From NCBI GenBank assembly GCA_000708835.1, contig DF237223.1, forward strand, positions 51,269 through 115,268: 64,000 bases of DNA, read 5' to 3'. Shown here piece after piece: positions 12,745-25,844 of this stretch. Made by a program: the position numbers and the translations under genes. Position 1 is the first letter of the stretch. Each line of letters starts with the position of its first letter. Below the pieces are notes generated by a model. The model did not search any database. It saw nothing but the letters and a program-made list of their open reading frames with translations, and had not been told where the DNA came from. Origin of the DNA: Klebsormidium nitens (lineage: Eukaryota; Plantae; Klebsormidiophyceae).

Positions 12745-15700
12745 TCACTTCTTCGCATGCTTGCCCGACTTGTGCGCATGGCCCTGCTTCCCCTCCCAGT
12801 GCGCCGCCTGGTTCAGGCTGCAGAAGTCCATCCCGCGCAAGGCCTCCTGCAGCCGCGCCTGCCGGTCGTGCCGCTCCTCGCACAGCACCGCCTTGGCCCA
12901 CGCACCGCCGAACGCGCCCGTGTCATCTCGACTCCCGCCGCAGCCGTAGCCCCACTCCTCCTTGTACAGCGCAGCCACCGAGGTCGCCTTTTCGTTGAGG
13001 TAGCACAGCTGGCGGAAGCCGGCGATGCTGGGCGGGTCGACCAGGAGCCGGTTCTCGAGGCCGTCCTTAAGGGCGACCAGCTCCGGCTCGCTGCCGAAGC
13101 CGTTGGTCACGTACAGCGACGCGCGGTCCACCAGGCACGCGTAGCGCTCGAACGCGGCGGCGAACATGCGGTGCGACCGCAGCTGCGCCTCGATGGGCAC
13201 GCCGCGGCCGGTCAGGATGGCGCGCCTGCCACAGGAGAGGCGTGCAGAGAATCAGCTTCGCTGATCCTAGGGAGCCCTCAGTACGGCACTGGCTTCGAGC
13301 GGATAGTGGCAGGGTCTCTCATGAAATTTCAGACTTCCAACAAAATCCGAAGGACGGCTTCGCAGATCCACTGAGATACACGACAGTGGACGGTAGTAGC
13401 TGTGACCCTGCTAACTACTTCGAGCTCCCTTCGGCGTCGAAGACGTTTCTGCATCACCTGAGTGCGGCGCTACCTGTGAAATCGAGCATCTCGATTTTCA
13501 CCTGATAGATACAAAGAGCAGATGCAAAAGCTTTGGTTGAATTCTCCAGCACTGTCTACACCGGCGTGCCACACAGAGGCGAGCTGAACTTGGCACCTGT
13601 CTCACCTCATCCCCCTGACCACCGACAGCCCTGCATCGCAGGCCACGCCCACCATCTCCACTCGATAGGGCCTCCTTTTCTGCACGCCATTTCTAGCGCC
13701 AGTCTGCACCAGCCCGGGCCGATGGCCTGCATCGTTGGTTGCGGGGCCTTGCTGCTTCTCTGCATGGTCCAAATCTGGACCGGCAGACGGTCCGGCTTTC
13801 CTTGGCGCTGCCCCGTTTCTTTTCGAGAACCCGGACGGCCCCTGAGACGGCTGATTCGACCGGAGGGTGGTGCCCTCGACGTGCGCCCAATGGCCCGACG
13901 ATCTTCGTAAAGAGTCTTGACCCTCCTTTGAGTCCCCCTGCTCACCAGACACCACTTCGTCACCGTCTTGCCTGCTCTCAGAGTCCTCAGCACCGTTCGC
14001 TTCACTCTGACCGTCTCTATCAGCATGTTTCACTTCTCGATCGCTGCTCCGAGTGCCGTTTCCCGCGCCGTTCTCTCCGCTCTCCGCTTGACCTTCGCTA
14101 TATCCCCCGGTGCTTCTAAAGCTGCTGCCCCTCATCCCCGCCGCGGCCTCCGAGAAGCCGCTCAAGCTCTGGCTCGACTGTGACGCTTTCATGGCGCTTT
14201 CGCTCTCTGTCGGCTCGCTAGCCGACTCCTCCCCATTGTCGTCCTCCCCGTTGGAGCCGCGCGACTCGGCCTGCGTCTTGTCGTACGCGCGCACGTGGCT
14301 CTGCTGCTGCGCGCGCATCTCCTCCATGATGTCCGCGTCCTCCGGCATCGCCTCCCAGTACTGCTCCTGCATCGCCGAACAGCAAAGGGCAGGACGCCTT
14401 CAGACTCCAGCCAAAGGGTGCAGCGATGATTTCTGATAACGTCGATGCTATCGCGTGCACGAATGCAATCGGCCATCTCGATGTGGAACTTTCAATCTCG
14501 CAGCCAGGTTGTTGACAAGTGCATGAAAGGTTTTCCTCTCTCAAAAGATATCTCTACTTGAGCGGAGCCGTCAACCCAAACGTCAAGACAACCAGACGTC
14601 AAGACGACTGTCGATGCAAAGAACTGCAGCCCGCAACAGCATGCAAACCTCTCGCATGTCCGAATCTGGCCAATCAAACAGGTCGTTCCGCAGCGACCAA
14701 GACAACGATAAACTCTCTGTGCGTCCAATTGACAAACCGGAAGAACCAAGCAGCGAGAAAAGGGAACCGACAACACTCACCAAGGGCTTCTTCTGATATC
14801 CTGGCCCCAGGCGGTAGCGCCGCAGGTGCGCATCACGGACCATGTCGATCGTCTGCGCCACGAAAGGCTCCCAGCTCATGGTTCCGTCGAAGATGATGTC
14901 ACGCCCCTCGTTGATGGCCGCCACCAGCAACGACAGCGCGGCTTTCACGCTCGACGAGTGGACCAGGGCCGCAGTCTCGGGATCCACTCCTGTAGGCAAG
15001 GGGACGGCTTCGTCCGCGAGTTGGCAAAAAATCGAAAGTTTTTGACTTCATTCTGCGAGGTTCCGATCTGAGAGTAGAACATCATCCCAGAATGTCGTCG
15101 ATCCATAGATTCGTCGTCAGCATCCTTGAAAGAGGTTGACGTGTCAAATAAAGTTTCTGCCTCAACGGGGAATTTGACAGCGATTCATCAACCGAAAATA
15201 GGACTCCCAGGTGTCCGGGGAATGTTCAGAGGCCTAATCAATCGAAGGACGGCTGAGGGGATTCTCCGCACCTCCCTCTTGCTCGCTGAGCGCCTGGAAG
15301 ACCACATCTGTCTCTTTGAACGCGTCCGCCTCCACGACCACTGCCCGGGGCGCAAACTTTCTCCAGAATGTCCCCTGCATCAGCTCCTGCCTGCATCGCC
15401 ACAGAGCCGGGCCCTCAGGCTGGGCCAAAAACCAATTCCTCAGTAGTTTAGAACGCCTTGATAACGAGGGTAAACGAGGGTAGGGCGGACTTGACTTCGT
15501 CAAATGCTTGCATTACTGTTAGGTCAGGGAAACCGATGGACTATGGGATCGGAGCAACGATCGAAGTGGACCTCAGACTGGCCCGATATGAAACTGACGA
15601 CAACCGTGCTCAGAGTGCTGAAACGACACGACAATCACTGAAGATGTCACCTGAGACCGAAGACAAAGGGCGAAGACCACAGACACCCTGCGGGTCTTTG

Positions 15701-17131
15701 TGCTGCTCACCTGACCGTGCTCTTCCCGGCTCCCATCCCCCCCGCCATGAACAAGATGACTGGGCTACGATGACCTTCCTCCACAGGCGCCGCCACTTCC
15801 TTGTCGCTGACGTGATCCAAGTCCGCAGGTTCACCGGTGCGCAGCCGCTTGAGCTGCTGGACCAGGGTCGTGAACTGGCGCTGAGGACCCAGCGAGCGCA
15901 GCAGCTGCTTGTAGCGCTGGGTGCGGGTCGCGCTCAGAACCGCGCGCTTCAGGCTGTGCCGCTTCGGCTCCCTGCAACGACGATTTGGGGCTAGGATGGG
16001 GCAGTGCGCGAGAATTTGACGACCACCGCTTGAGTATGTAACAAAAGCAGGTCGCCCATCGACTCCGTTCTTGCAATGGTTCTTCAATGATCAACCACTC
16101 ATGCTGATTACAAAGACTAAACAAGCAAGTGTCTCGTACACTCACCCACAAACTGGTCCCCTCCTCTATCACCAGATGCAACATCGCGGCATACGTCGCT
16201 CAAAGAAGAAGCTACGGAAGCGCGCAATTCCCTAGCCAACCATATCAAGGGAACTCACACTGCGCTGGCAGCCGCAAGGAGCATGTCGGCGTGGTCCCAA
16301 TGGAAAGCAAAGAACGACAGGATGCACGCGTCCAGCTCCTTGACCAGGTCCTGCGTGAGCCCGCCAATCATGTCCTCTTTCAAGCACGAGCACGCGTCGA
16401 CCGCCAGCGCCATCAGCTCGTCGCGGCTTGTATCACCCTTGCTCTTGTTGCCCTGCACGTAGTGCTCCGCCACCTTCTTGAAGGCGTCGTAGCACACGTC
16501 GCACGGCTGGAGGCCCACCTGGCGCGCTGTAACAACAGGGACATGCGGGGATAAGAGCGCTTGTGGCCTGCATGAAGATACTTTGCGCATGGGGGGCTGG
16601 ATCCTTTATGCACAAATTGCATACTCCTATGACCAGAATTTCTTGAGAAGTAAACCAGATTCTCTCGGACGTAGTGACAACGTAGTGACATCATATTCTG
16701 GTCGGACGTGACCTTTGGTTGAAAAAGTCATGACCTCGGAAGCATGCGGGCGATGAGTAGTTTCCAAGTTCGTCTTAGCACACGTTATTTTCAGAGACTC
16801 TTACACAAGATGGGGCTTTGGCTCTACCAAAAATTGCGAAACATATAGAAAATAGCAACCAGCTCTATAACCACTTGGCCCTTCCACCCAGGGCTATAAA
16901 TATTGCCTATTTCAGCTCACCTGCATACTCCCCAAAGGGCTCGATGCCGCTCACGCTCCCATTGTGTTGGTACTGCAAGATGGGTGCCAGCCCCCGCAGC
17001 CGCTGGCGCCTCTTTGCCCTGGCTTTCGTCTTCCGCAATTGGGCAATGGCTGTGACTGCCAGCAGGCCCGCAGCCCCTGTTCCCAGGGCCAACCGGGTGA
17101 CAGTCCACAGCACCAGAGTCTCACGCTCCAT
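12745..17131 (-). CDS. NADKc: Zeta-toxin-fold P-loop kinase of the plant calmodulin/Ca2+-dependent NAD kinase family, with N-terminal membrane anchor
   Basis: Exons encode an N-terminal hydrophobic helix (LALGTGAAGLLAVTAIAQL), ILSFFAFHW, ATRTQRY, RSPVILFMAGGMGAGKSTV (Walker A), VVVEADAFKETDVV, EGRDIIFDGTMSW, RYRLGPGY, PYRVEMVGVACD and QLRSHRMFA. These motifs are in the order known for Arabidopsis At1g04280-type proteins. Confidence 0.85.
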
Positions 17132-18443
17132 GTGTCTGCAATGTTGAAAGTGACGCATTGTGAAGACAGAGGGGCCCTAGGTTGTACGGCTGAGTAGTGG
17201 CATGGAGTCAGTCCAGTTACAATCCTGCATGAATATAGTATTAAAGAACACCATCAGAGAATCAAGAGGCACTTGTTGCCAAAAAGTGCGGCCGAGCATA
17301 TAGGTAATTGAGAGGGCTTTCCACTTTGGACTCTGCCAAGTGTTAGACGCGCATACTGGCACCAAGTGACATTGTCCTTGAGTTAAGCAAGGGACAAAAA
17401 CCTTATGGCAGCTGGAAGAATTTGTTGCCAGGTCGCTCAATTCAGCGCCTGAGTACGAATTAAGCCACCAGCTGTATCAGGAGTGCACCAGACTTTCTCG
17501 CCACAAATCGCCCCATCAAAACCCAACAATTGTATGCAGGGGCTGCTCTTAACAATGCCGGCACACTCACAGCCAACATTGAGAAGCGCTGTTTGAAAAA
17601 ATCTTATGAAGGCATTCCACTACTCAACACACCAGCTCACTCATTTGTGAGACAAAATGTTCGACCAACAAAGGATGTGCAGCTTCCAATATCTCGCCTC
17701 CAGTATCCAGCTTTTTGTTGAAAGACGCCAGCTGCACAAGGCCCAGCAGAGTGTAAGTGGTGTGGTACATGAGATCACAGGGGACTCGTCGACTCACCTC
17801 TAAACCAGTTTATAGCTAGTAAGAAGTCAGAGCCGGCGGTGGTGTCCAGCATTGCCTTTGCACACGCCTTTTGTTGAGCGCAACTCCATCCTGGTCAGCT
17901 TCTAGCGACGTGCAAAAGCATTCAAACATGCACACCATCTACATTAGCAGAGAATCCTGCAACAATTGGCGGTGGTCCTCCCCGTCCTCCCTCCCCTCAA
18001 TGGCTACGTATCTGCTCTAGATGCTCTTTTCAGCTTAGACGCCCATGCAAACTCAGTAGGTAGCTAGCAAAACTTGAAGCAAGCTGCAATCTCAAAGCGC
18101 TCCCTCATGCAGTGCAGTCGGCTAGGCTAACTAGAGCGAGCTCAACCACGGAGTCAGCATTTTGCGCGCAAGTGCTGCAGCGTGCACGTCACGTGGCCCG
18201 CTGTGCACACTTGGCGGACAAGCTGACGTCAAGGAACGGAAGTGCAGCTTCATGGCGGACCGCGAGCTCGGAACTTGCTCTCCTGCAATGCAGAGGTCAT
18301 GCAGGCGCCGTTTGCCGTGGTGTCCTCATGTGTTCATCGCAAGCTTGGCACCATTCGAAGGCGGAGGTACTGCCCGTATGAGGTAGCTTGCACCTTGGCC
18401 TTCGGGAGAGGCGTGAGAGTGGTGCAGCTAAGTTTCTGTGTAC

Positions 18444-21400
18444 ATGATCCTTGGATTATTTAACTTTGTCACAAACTTGATGTGTGCTGCACCAGCTTTG
18501 GTGGTGTTGGCTGCCGGCATTGCAGCAGGAATCGTGCACAGCCGACGGGGAAACATGAAAGGCTCTTTTCCGGAGGTCTGGACGGTGGAGGTGGCTGGCG
18601 GGGAGCCTGCGAGAAGCAATCGGCCAGCAGTGGGTCCAACTTATCGCCACTTGTCGGTGGGGAAGGGAGATTTTCCTGAGCTGGGGAGCGCAGCCACTTT
18701 GTATGAGCTCTTCAGGTGAGCCATGACCGGATGTTCCTGCTGTCGATGGCGTAATTGCATGCATTGCAAACACTGATTCTGCAGATCTCAGAAGAGCTTT
18801 AGGTGACTCTGCCGAGACTTGTCATCAATCGCCGTGTACGTATTTGATTCATCAGAAGTGCAATGCATTGTGGAGCCTCGTTCATTGAGTGTAGGCTGTA
18901 AGACCAGCAAGAATCTATTAGTAGATGCAGGAGGCATGCAGATAATCCTGAAAGGAGCTCTGAAAAGTCTAATTTCACGCTGCTTAGCCGCTTATTGAAC
19001 GTTAGAAACTGCCTTATCATCCCTTGCAGCAACTCTGCAATGAAATATGCCGACATGCCGTGTCTTGGGCAGAGGAAAGTGGTGGACGGAAAGGCAAGCC
19101 ATCATCACAGAAGTTTTCTGCTTGGGGCATTGAATATTGCGCATCATTCAAGTCTCATATGTTGTAATGCTTCCCGGTTGCGCTGATGGGCATCAGCCTT
19201 ATGGTACTTGTCAATGACCTTAGGAGTATGGATTTGAATGCAATTTGAGTTTGTTCTCATGGGGTGATGACATAGGCCAACATACTGCAGGCTGGCCCAT
19301 TTGAGTACCTGTCATACAAGGAGGCCTTCCGACAAGCAATCGTGCTGGCAGGGTCCTTGGAGTACATCGGCGTTCAACCTGTAAGCCATACAATCTGACT
19401 TCTGTCTGCGCCATCAGAAATCCCACAAGCTTCAAACGCTGGATCTACAGTGCTATCTTGAGGAACACCCTATGTGACAGTATGCATGTTGGGTGACTAG
19501 CTACTTCGACCTTGGTTTGACAAAAGTGAGTAGTGGATGTGGAGCCTTTGAGAGTGGGCTGCTCTGACGATGGCTTGGTTGGGTATGAACTCAGACCTAC
19601 ATCGTTTCGTTTGCAGCACAGCACGTGTGGCATTTATGGAGTCAACACCCCCACCTGGATGCTGGCCATGCAAGCGTGCAATGCGCTCACTGTTTACTCT
19701 GTCCCGCTCTATGACACGTTGGGTAAGCGGGTCACCAGGCATAGAGAAGCTAGTGAGGAGTCTGAGCGATGGCCACAATATTGCAGTTGTATGACTTGGA
19801 CTCACACGGGAATTGTCTTTTTAAAAACCAGAAGATGCCCCGGTGGCGACTTGTTGTCAGCGGCATTGACTGGGTGACAGCTGAATAGATGGAACTCTTT
19901 TTTGTGTAGGCCCTCAAGCCATCGAGTTTATCATCAACCATGCCGAGATTAGCACCATCTTCATCCAGGAGAGCAGTCTGTCCAAGGTGAGGTTATTCGG
20001 ATGCCTTTGAACCAAAGGCAACAATCTTGCCAACAAATCCTGAGCTGGGGCCGTCAAGTTTCCAGACACTGTACAGGTATGAGACGCATAGTCTGCGAGG
20101 AGGGTCAGAGAAATTCTGCTACAGGCTTGTTTTGCTGATCTGCTCTGGTTGCTGTGCGCAGTTATTGGAGGCCCTGCCAAAGTGCAACAACCACGTGAAA
20201 GGTAGGGACATCCCTGTGCGACCATAGATTGAGAAGGACGTGCGTTGCGCAGATTACATTTGTTGGTCATTTGATTGTCTCGTTCTCAGGAAAGATATCA
20301 TGAAAGTCTTTTTTACAACCATACCTCTACAGATTGTTCTCCCGTTTCTCAGCGGTGCCAAACAGGGAAAGACGATTCGAAGTCAATGTATGCATGAGCG
20401 CCATTCTGTCTATGCAGTTGTGATCAGCTTGGGCAGTTTCAGTGCGGAGGCAAAGAGCACTCTCGAGGCAAGAGGACTGAAGGCATATGCGTTTGACGAC
20501 CTTCTGGTCATGGTGAGTAGGCTGGCTGAGCCCGTCAAGAGGAACTTACTTTGTCGGGGAATGCAACGTTGTTCAAAACGTGGTCTTTTAGTGGATGATT
20601 TCCATAGGATGTTAAGCGTTGCAGTCGTGTTCCTACAACTCGAAGAACTCACATTAGCACTTTCGTTGTGGTGACTTTTAAGCTTTACTGGCTGCAGGGA
20701 AGGGAGAAGCCTTTTGAGCCCCACGCTCCAAATCCGGACGACATCGCAACTATCATGTACACCAGCGGAACAACAGGAGAGCCGAAAGTGAGCCCGTTTG
20801 GCTGTAGAGAAGCTTCCCTCTTTCGAGTCGCCTGAGCCGTTTCTGCACATGTGAAGGCAGTGGATCACGACCGCTACTCTAGAGGGACACGAGAGAGCGA
20901 GCTTATGACACGAAAGAGCGAGCCTATGATGCCGTTGCTTGTTTTGTATGTATTTCTTCCATCGTAGTGGGCGTGCTCATAGAGGTGCTTGCAGTGCCGC
21001 CAATTTAACGGATGTTATTTCCGCCATTGCAGGGCGTGGTTCTAAAGCACTCCAACCTGGTGTCGACGATTGCGGGGCTCACCAAAGACCTCCAGTATGC
21101 CAAGTTCTTCGTGAGATTCGCCCCTTGGACCTTTTCATTTGCTTTCCTGAGTTAGAGTCCCCTCGACGGCTTTCGCATTTGAAAGTAGAACCTTTGCTTT
21201 CTGGCCATCTGGACCTCTGTTGCCTTAAAACATGCCGATTTGCGTGTATCCATGGCTGTCGATCTATCGTCATCGTCCGATCCTGCGACCTGCTCTTTTT
21301 GACGAAGCTTGGCCGAAGCTTCGCCGCCGACTCCCGCAAGCCGTTTCAAACCGACTGCAGTAATTTGTCCGGTTTCGAGAAGTGAGTGCTGTGTGAGTTA

Positions 21401-24400
21401 CCTCCCTTCCCCCAGTATCTCAGAATCGTTGTTGCCCTCTCGACTCGGCCTCGACTCATTCGCCCCGCTATTGGTGTACAGCTGTCGGAGCGTGACCTGT
21501 ACTTGTCGTATCTGCCGCTGGCGCACATCTTCGGGCGGGTCGTCGAGGAGGCCATGCTCTACCACGGGGCCGCCATAGCGTATTGGCAGGGTGACGTCAA
21601 GCTGCTGCTGGATGACGTGGATGCGGCCAAGCCCACCGTCTTCTGCGGAGTCCCCCGCGTGTTTGACCGCGTGTACAACGGTGAGGAGCCGGAGGCTGGC
21701 TGAGACGCTGAAATTGGCAGAGAATTGGTCGTAAAAATCTGTTCGGACCTTTTTCGTGGACGAGATGTCGCTTCGACGAGAAGCTCTGGAAAGGTGTTTT
21801 GAGGAGTGCACTGCTTGGCATTGTTGCTGCTTTGAGTGGTGAGACTCGCAAATCCGTTTTGCAAATGGGACTTCCCCGATCTTGAAGCTCGGGGGCCCCT
21901 TTTGCGCCACGCTGGCTATACGTGCATATCTTGTGCAGGAGCTACGGCGAAGGTGCAGGCGGGCAGCTTCATCACAAAGCTACTGTACAAGTTTGGGTTT
22001 TCAAGGTGATTCCATGCCCTCATGACCGGACCCGATCGGCAGCTGCGCTTACATGCAATATGCTCCTCGACTGGGTTGTCTGGTAAAGACGGCTCTCAGC
22101 ATAAATAATGAATCCGTTGCCCAGTATCTGCTGGACGAGACTGACTGAGTGGAATGGAGCAATCATTGGAGAGCCTTTGAAAGCCCGTGGACTCAGCAAC
22201 GAAGCTTGTGTCTTCGTGCAGGAAAAAGGCGGCCCTTGATGGCGGCAGCAGCTTCGAGAAAGCGACGCCCTTTCTAGATCACCTCGTCTTCTCGAAAGTG
22301 AGCAACTCAACGACGTTTTAGCATGCGCGATATAGGCTGTTCCACCTGTAGTTCAGAAGCAGCAGTGCCTCTCTGAAACACGTCGATGCTTCGCCGCCTA
22401 CTTGTCGCAGATGCATCATTGAAGGGGTCGAAGTCTTGTCCAAGTGCTCAAAGTTGGGCTGCGGATTGGATACGGCGTGGCTGCAGTTGTGCTGCTGGTG
22501 TATCAAAAGCTACTGCCGCCAGGAGCTTGTACTTCGTATCCTCCCGCCGCATTCGCGAGACGAGCGACCGGCTGATGCAGCGTTCGCTTTTGCTTTGCTG
22601 ACGCAGTTTAAGCAGCGCCTCGGTGGCCGAGTACGTGTCATCCTGTCAGGAGGAGCTCCCCTGGCACGCCACGTGGAGGATTTCCTGCGGGTGACCATGT
22701 GCTGCCCGGTCGTGCAGGGCTACGGTGCGCAGCGCTTTTCCGATAGACCCTCGCTTGCACTACTCGAAATAGCACCGTCTTGTGCGACGATACCCGGATC
22801 GTCGAGCTTGGTTTAACAGAGTAACTTGGTTCACTGTGGTTCAGGTCTTTACCTGACGGCGCAGACACCCATGCGGATTTGGAACGACGTTTGTCAGGGC
22901 TGATGTCGCTGGTGCAGCGCTTACGAATCTGCTCATATTTGCCAATTTCCTAACTTGCAACATTAGTGAGCTTCACGAGGCGGGGATGTTGAGAGGCCTC
23001 ACGGACGTCTGTACCTTTAATCCATCTGCTGAACAGGGTTGGAAGTGTCCGTCAAGGACCAAAAAGATTCCGTATCTGATGCCGGCCCTTCTTCACTCAC
23101 GACACCTTTTCAGTGGCAGCCCTGTTCCTGACCCGCTCTCCGTTGCCTGCCAGGCCTGACCGAGTCGTGCGCCGGCAGTTTCGTGGCGATCCCCAACGCC
23201 AACCAGACGGGCACGGTGGGCGTGGTGTTCCCCAACCAGGAGTGCCGCCTCGAGGCCGTCCCCGACATGGAATACGACCCGCTCGGCACGCCCCCCCGGG
23301 GGGAGGTCTGCCTGCGGGGGCCCCCGATCTTCACCGGGTACTACAAGCGGCCGGACCTGACCAAGGACGCGCTCGACGAAGAGGGTTGGCTGCACACTGG
23401 TGCGTCCCAGACACCCTTGTGCTAACCTGCGGTGCGTTGCAGTATTGTGTTAGGCCAGGAGGACGCAGACCGTGACTTTAAGGGTCCCCTCAAAAACAAT
23501 TTCTCGCTGCAGGATTATCGTGGTGGGCTTGTGACGAATTGCGGGTCGCTTGGCTGTTTCGGTTTGGTGAGGGAATGTCGCTGGAGCTGACGTGGTGCGC
23601 TGCATGCAGGCGACGTGGGCGAGTGGCAGGCGGACGGCACGATGAAGATCATCGACCGCAAGAAGAACATGTTCAAGCTGGCGCAGGGCGAGTACGTGGC
23701 CGCCGAGAACCTGGAGAACGTCTACGGCTCCACCCCGGGGGTGGAAGCGGTACGCACCGGCCGCCCGCACTTTGTAGTTTCTGGTTTTTAAACCATCGTC
23801 AAAGCAGGATCCCCCTGCCATATAGCGGGTGACTGTTGTTCCCAGGACTTTTGCAATGACGTTGACAAATGTGGCGGTGAGACCATTGTTGGCCAGAGTT
23901 TTGGTCCACAGTATTTGGAATCAAGTTGGAAACGAGGTGTCTGTCTTCGACCAGGGCGTCGCCTGTGGGTTCCATTTCTAGCTCCCGCTAGAGAAGCGTT
24001 TAGACAACGTGTTATCCGGAAGAGGGCTCACCGCTCTCCGCTTGGCGCAGATCTGGGTGTACGGCAACAGTTACGAGTACGCATTGGTGGCGGTGGTGGT
24101 CCCCCTGCAAGGTCCCCTCCAAGACTGGGCCGAGTCGCAGGGAATCTCGCTCGAGTGGGAGCAGCTGTGCAGGGACCCCCGCACGAAGAAACACATACTC
24201 GAGCAGCTGAAAACGACAGCGCAGGCGAAGAAGGTAAGCTGATTGTGACAGGAAACTGAACATCCTCCGCGAGCGATGAGCGGAGGATTCGGTCCATCTT
24301 GTGCCTCTTTCTTTGGATGAGCTTTGCGATAAAGGTAGCTCAAGTTGTCTATGGGGCGATCGTCAGCAGTCTTTTTTAGCATTGCACCAAAGTTGTCAAG

Positions 24401-24656
24401 CTGCGTCCTTAAAAAGCTCACAGAGCCGCTCCTTCAAAGAGAGGATATAGTGGTAAGCACTTCGTCTTGGTTGCCTGTGCAGCTGAAGGGGTTCGAGTTC
24501 ATCAAAAATCTCGTCGTTGAGCCTACGCCCCTCGATATGGAAAGGGATCTATTGACACCCACCTATAAAATCAAGCGACCTAAGATGTTGAAGTATTACC
24601 AGAAAGAGATTGACAGCTTGTATCAAGAAATCAGGAACGAAGGCGCGAAGAAGTAG
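18444..24656 (+). CDS. LACS: Long-chain acyl-CoA synthetase (plant LACS family), multi-exon
   Basis: Exons encode [141 protein letters not shown] and [12 protein letters not shown]...GAKK*. Confidence 0.95.
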
Positions 24657-25844
24657 GTACCGTTGGAAATGCGACATGTATAGATTCTAGGGGTAGACGT
24701 TGCTCGCAGTTGCCGACATTTGTAGACTCGTAGAATAAACCTCGGTAGAAGTCGTCTCATTAATAAGTGAAGTTGCAATTGTCTTTGATACGGCTTGATC
24801 TCTGTTATCGAGAACCTGGCATGTATCCTTCCTGGACGAGAGGAAGGGTCACGCGAGGAAAGCCGGCCTTGTATGCATGAAAGGCCGCTGCATGAGATAT
24901 CCAATTGTTACGCACGGCCGTTCCTTCCTTTGATGACGTGAACAAGCGTGTAAGGTGCCGGTTAGGGCACATGGCAGCCCGGAATTGCATTGATTGAAAA
25001 CGCACGTCATTTTGAACGTGCATGCTATAATCGAAATTTGTCATGAAATATTATGTAAGATTGTGGCCGAATAGCGTCCTGTTAACTGGGACGGCGTGCG
25101 CTCCCATTGCAAATTTCCCTGCCAGCCAAGCTCGTGGCAAGACTTCGTGGATGGACAGTTGTAGCGCGCCTACTAGTTTTGTTGTCTCATGTACTTTTCG
25201 ACTGTGCGCGCATGCAGCGAATCGTACTGCATATACGCAACTCATCAACCATGTGGAATGCGTTTGCAATGGCAGATATTTGCAAGCAATGATACGTACC
25301 CCGCAAGAGATGCACGTCTGGTTCTATAAGCACAGACGGTCCCAATCTGACGTGAACAGAGTGCAGAGTGTTACATTGCAAATGTATGTTTAGACGTTCA
25401 CCTCAAGTTGCCGTCAGTGCATAGAACGTGGTGTATATTGAAGCTTTCAAGATCTTTGATTGCTGCAATTCAGGACATTGCACATCGGAACCACACAAGT
25501 AGCACGGTCGGATTGCACTGGCTGCTGCAGACTTAAAAATGATGATACGGTCGCCCCGCTTATGCGCTCGATGTTTGATCTGCGCAGCTTGAGATGTGAG
25601 ATCTACTGACAAACAAATTTCGCAGAACCAAAATAAAGTGGGGAGGAGGATCCTACTGTGGTTGACCTAGAGTATTAGCGCAGCCACCTCGTGAAGTAAA
25701 ATGCCTATCCAAGGGAAAACCAACCAGTGTCCTCTGAACCTAAGTCTTTGGACCTACAGCTTCCATCTTCAAACTAAGCTGATTTGGACAAATCTAGACT
25801 GATGCAAACGATGATAGGGCAATTACTGCGCACTTCTAGTGCGA

